Origin: Chthoniobacteraceae bacterium
Lineage (GTDB): Bacteria > Verrucomicrobiota > Verrucomicrobiia > Chthoniobacterales > Chthoniobacteraceae
Direction: 5' to 3'
Assembly (NCBI GenBank): GCA_040081625.1
Contig: JBEBGD010000131.1
Location: 1-13,724, forward strand
Length of the DNA stretch: 13,724 nt
This document shows, one piece after another, positions 12,007 to 13,724 of this stretch (position 1 is its first letter; the number at the start of each line of letters is the position of its first letter). Position numbers and translations under genes: made by a program. A model generated the notes under the pieces. It had not been told where the DNA came from. It saw nothing but the letters and a program-made list of their open reading frames with translations, and searched no databases.

Positions 12007-13440
12007 CTACCCCAAACCCTTGATCGGCTCCGCCTCGTAAACGCTATGCGGGCGCTCCAGCGGGTCGCGCCACTCGATCCGCCGCGGCAGGCCGAGCGCC
12101 TCGTAGATCGTCGCGGCGAGGTTCTCCGGGCGCTGCGGGGCGTCCGCCGGATAGGCGCCGATCCGGTCCGTCGCACCGATTACATTTCCCCCGCGCACGC
12201 CGCCGCCGGCGAGGAAGATCGTCTGGCTGGCGCCCCAGTGATCGCGACCGGGCAGCCTCGCGCTGGGGATGGTCGTAATCCGCGGCGTGCGTCCGAATTC
12301 GCCGCCCATCACGATGAGCGTTTCTTCCAGCAGCCCGCGCGAGTCGAGGTCGTCGAGCAACGCACTGACCGCGCGATCCATCGGCGGGAGCAGGAAGTTC
12401 TTGAGGTTCGGCCACGCCGCCTGGTGCGTGTCCCACGTCTCGTTGTTGCCGAGGTTCACCTGCACGAGGCTCACGCCAGTCTCGACGAGCCGCCGCGCCA
12501 TGAGCAGCGAGCGGCCGAAGCTGTTGCGTCCGTAACGATCGAGCCACTTCGGGTCGATCTTCGCGGGGTCGAAGGCGTCGTGGACCTTGCTGTTCGTGAG
12601 CAGCGACACTGCCGCATCGCGATAAGTGTCGAAACCCTCGTCGCCCGCCGCGGCCGCGAGCGTGCGCGACTGCATCTCGAGTCCATCGCGCAGCGACACG
12701 CGATCGAGCAACCGCTCCTGGTTCAGCCCCTCGGGCAGCGCGAGGTGCGGCGCTTGGAAGACGAGGTCCGCGTCCTTCGCAAAGCCAGTCTCGTGATGAA
12801 AGAGATACTCGGGATACGCCCCATAGTGCGCGGGATGACGCGGCGACATTTCCAGGATCCACGGATCGCGCATCCGCCCCATCTGCCCCCCGAACTGCCC
12901 CGGAAGCGTGCGCCCCGTGCGATGCACGAGCTTCTCCGGCAGCACGATCGCCGGCGGCAGATTGTTGCGCGAAGGCAGCAGCGCGCCCGCGATCGAGGCG
13001 ATGCTCGGCCAGTCGCTGTCCTTCGGCTGGTTCGGGTCAAAACCCAGCGGCAGCTCGCTGCGCCCCGTGAACATGATGTGATGCGCCGCCGAGTGATCGT
13101 TCGAGCCGTGCGTGAACGAACGCACGAGCGCGAACTTGTGCGCGCGCCGCGCGAGCAGCGGCAGATGCTCGCAGATGTGGACGCCCGGGACGCTCGTCGA
13201 GATCGGGTTGAACTCCCCGCGCACTTCCATCGGCGCATCCGGCTTCATGTCGAAGCTCTCGTGCTGCGCGAGTCCACCGGAGAGAAAAATATAGATCACC
13301 GACTTCGCCCGCCGCGGTGGCTTCGACGCTGCGAGCCCGCGCAGGGCCGCGACGTGATTCATCCCCAGCCCGAGCAGGCCGATCGCGCCGGCGCGGATGG
13401 CCGCGCGTCGCGGGACGCCGATGGCTGGAGTCGGATTCAT
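12007..13440 (-). CDS. DUF1501 domain protein with a twin-arginine-like N-terminus
   Basis: Motifs AKSVIYIFLSGGLAQHESFDMKP, ICEHLP, WDTH, GEFGRTP, GRDHW and LAGGGVRGGNVIGATD. N-terminus PRRAAIRAGAIGLLGLG. The start is moved from 13569 to ATG 13440 because the longer version overlaps the divergent gene and a promoter-like motif precedes 13440. Confidence 0.92.
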   Translation of the reverse strand: MNPTPAIGVPRRAAIRAGAIGLLGLGMNHVAALRGLAASKPPRRAKSVIYIFLSGGLAQHESFDMKPDAPMEVRGEFNPISTSVPGVHICEHLPLLARRAHKFALVRSFTHGSNDHSAAHHIMFTGRSELPLGFDPNQPKDSDWPSIASIAGALLPSRNNLPPAIVLPEKLVHRTGRTLPGQFGGQMGRMRDPWILEMSPRHPAHYGAYPEYLFHHETGFAKDADLVFQAPHLALPEGLNQERLLDRVSLRDGLEMQSRTLAAAAGDEGFDTYRDAAVSLLTNSKVHDAFDPAKIDPKWLDRYGRNSFGRSLLMARRLVETGVSLVQVNLGNNETWDTHQAAWPNLKNFLLPPMDRAVSALLDDLDSRGLLEETLIVMGGEFGRTPRITTIPSARLPGRDHWGASQTIFLAGGGVRGGNVIGATDRIGAYPADAPQRPENLAATIYEALGLPRRIEWRDPLERPHSVYEAEPIKGLG

Positions 13441-13447
13441 GAGCGCG

Positions 13448-13476
13448 AGACTCGCAGCCCCCGCGACCGCTGGCAA
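13448..13476 (-). promoter_or_regulatory. Putative promoter for a leaderless or near-leaderless DUF1501 transcript
   Basis: Minus strand TTGCCA, 17 bp, GAGTCT, 7 nt, then ATG (13440). No Shine-Dalgarno sequence. Confidence 0.45.
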
Positions 13477-13496
13477 GCGCCCGCCCGGCTGCCCAC

Positions 13497-13526
13497 TTGC
13501 ACAGGCGCCGCGCCGGGGGAAAGAAT
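13497..13526 (+). promoter_or_regulatory. Putative divergent promoter for the FmdB-like gene
   Basis: TTGCAC (13497-13502), 18 bp, then AAGAAT (13521-13526), 12 nt before ATG 13539. Confidence 0.35.
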
Positions 13527-13538
13527 CCCACCCGCACC

Positions 13539-13724
13539 ATGGCCACCTACGTTTACGAAACCATCCCACAGAAAAAAGGGCAGAAGCCGCGCCGCTTCGA
13601 GATCGAGCAAAAGATGACCGACGATGCGCTCACGCACGACCCGAAGTCCGGCGAGCCCGTGCGCCGCGTCATCATCGGCGGCAGCGGCTGGATCACCCGC
13701 GGCACGAGCATCATGTCGATGAAC
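13539..13724 (+). CDS. FmdB-family / zinc-ribbon-like small putative regulator without Cys ligands; 3' truncated
   Basis: Not in the ORF track. Manual translation gives MATYVYETIPQKKGQKPRRFEIEQKMTDDALTHDPKSGEPVRRVIIGGSGWITRGTSIMSMN. This fits the FmdB pattern MP.Y.Y.C..C...FE..Q.M.D..L..CP.CG..V.R.I, with the cysteines replaced. Confidence 0.8.
   Translation, partial: MATYVYETIPQKKGQKPRRFEIEQKMTDDALTHDPKSGEPVRRVIIGGSGWITRGTSIMSMN

Noticed and set aside
13441..13569. 43-aa N-terminal extension of DUF1501 given in the ORF track
   Set aside because: It overlaps the divergent FmdB-like gene and would bury the twin-arginine-like signal. ATG 13440 fits better.
11965..13617. 550-aa plus-strand ORF, plus the other nested ORFs such as 6029-7282 and 8579-9727
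   Set aside because: They overlap confident genes in other frames or strands and have low-complexity R/A/P/S composition.

Overview
High-GC bacterial window. The gene content (DUF1501, a Cys-less FmdB-like protein, a PEGA/Ig surface protein) suggests the PVC superphylum, probably Verrucomicrobiota; this is an inference. Minus strand, right to left: a Tat-type DUF1501 protein (12007-13440), glutamate synthase gltB (7279-11871) and gltD (5783-7267), a ~1170-aa FecR-TPR-beta-barrel outer-membrane protein resembling Sinorhizobium NsrA (2200-5718), a secreted modular beta-rich protein (300-2138), and the 5' part of an Xre/MbcA/ParS-type antitoxin gene (<1-190) with a palindromic operator. Plus strand: the 5' part of an FmdB-like small protein lacking cysteines (13539->13724). 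The two edge genes are absent from the ORF track. The best leads are the NsrA-like receptor plus surface-protein pair with no signalling cyclase in view, the unassigned C-terminal domain of the surface protein, and a possible three-way-junction RNA in the gltB leader. The long plus-strand ORFs are antisense shadows.
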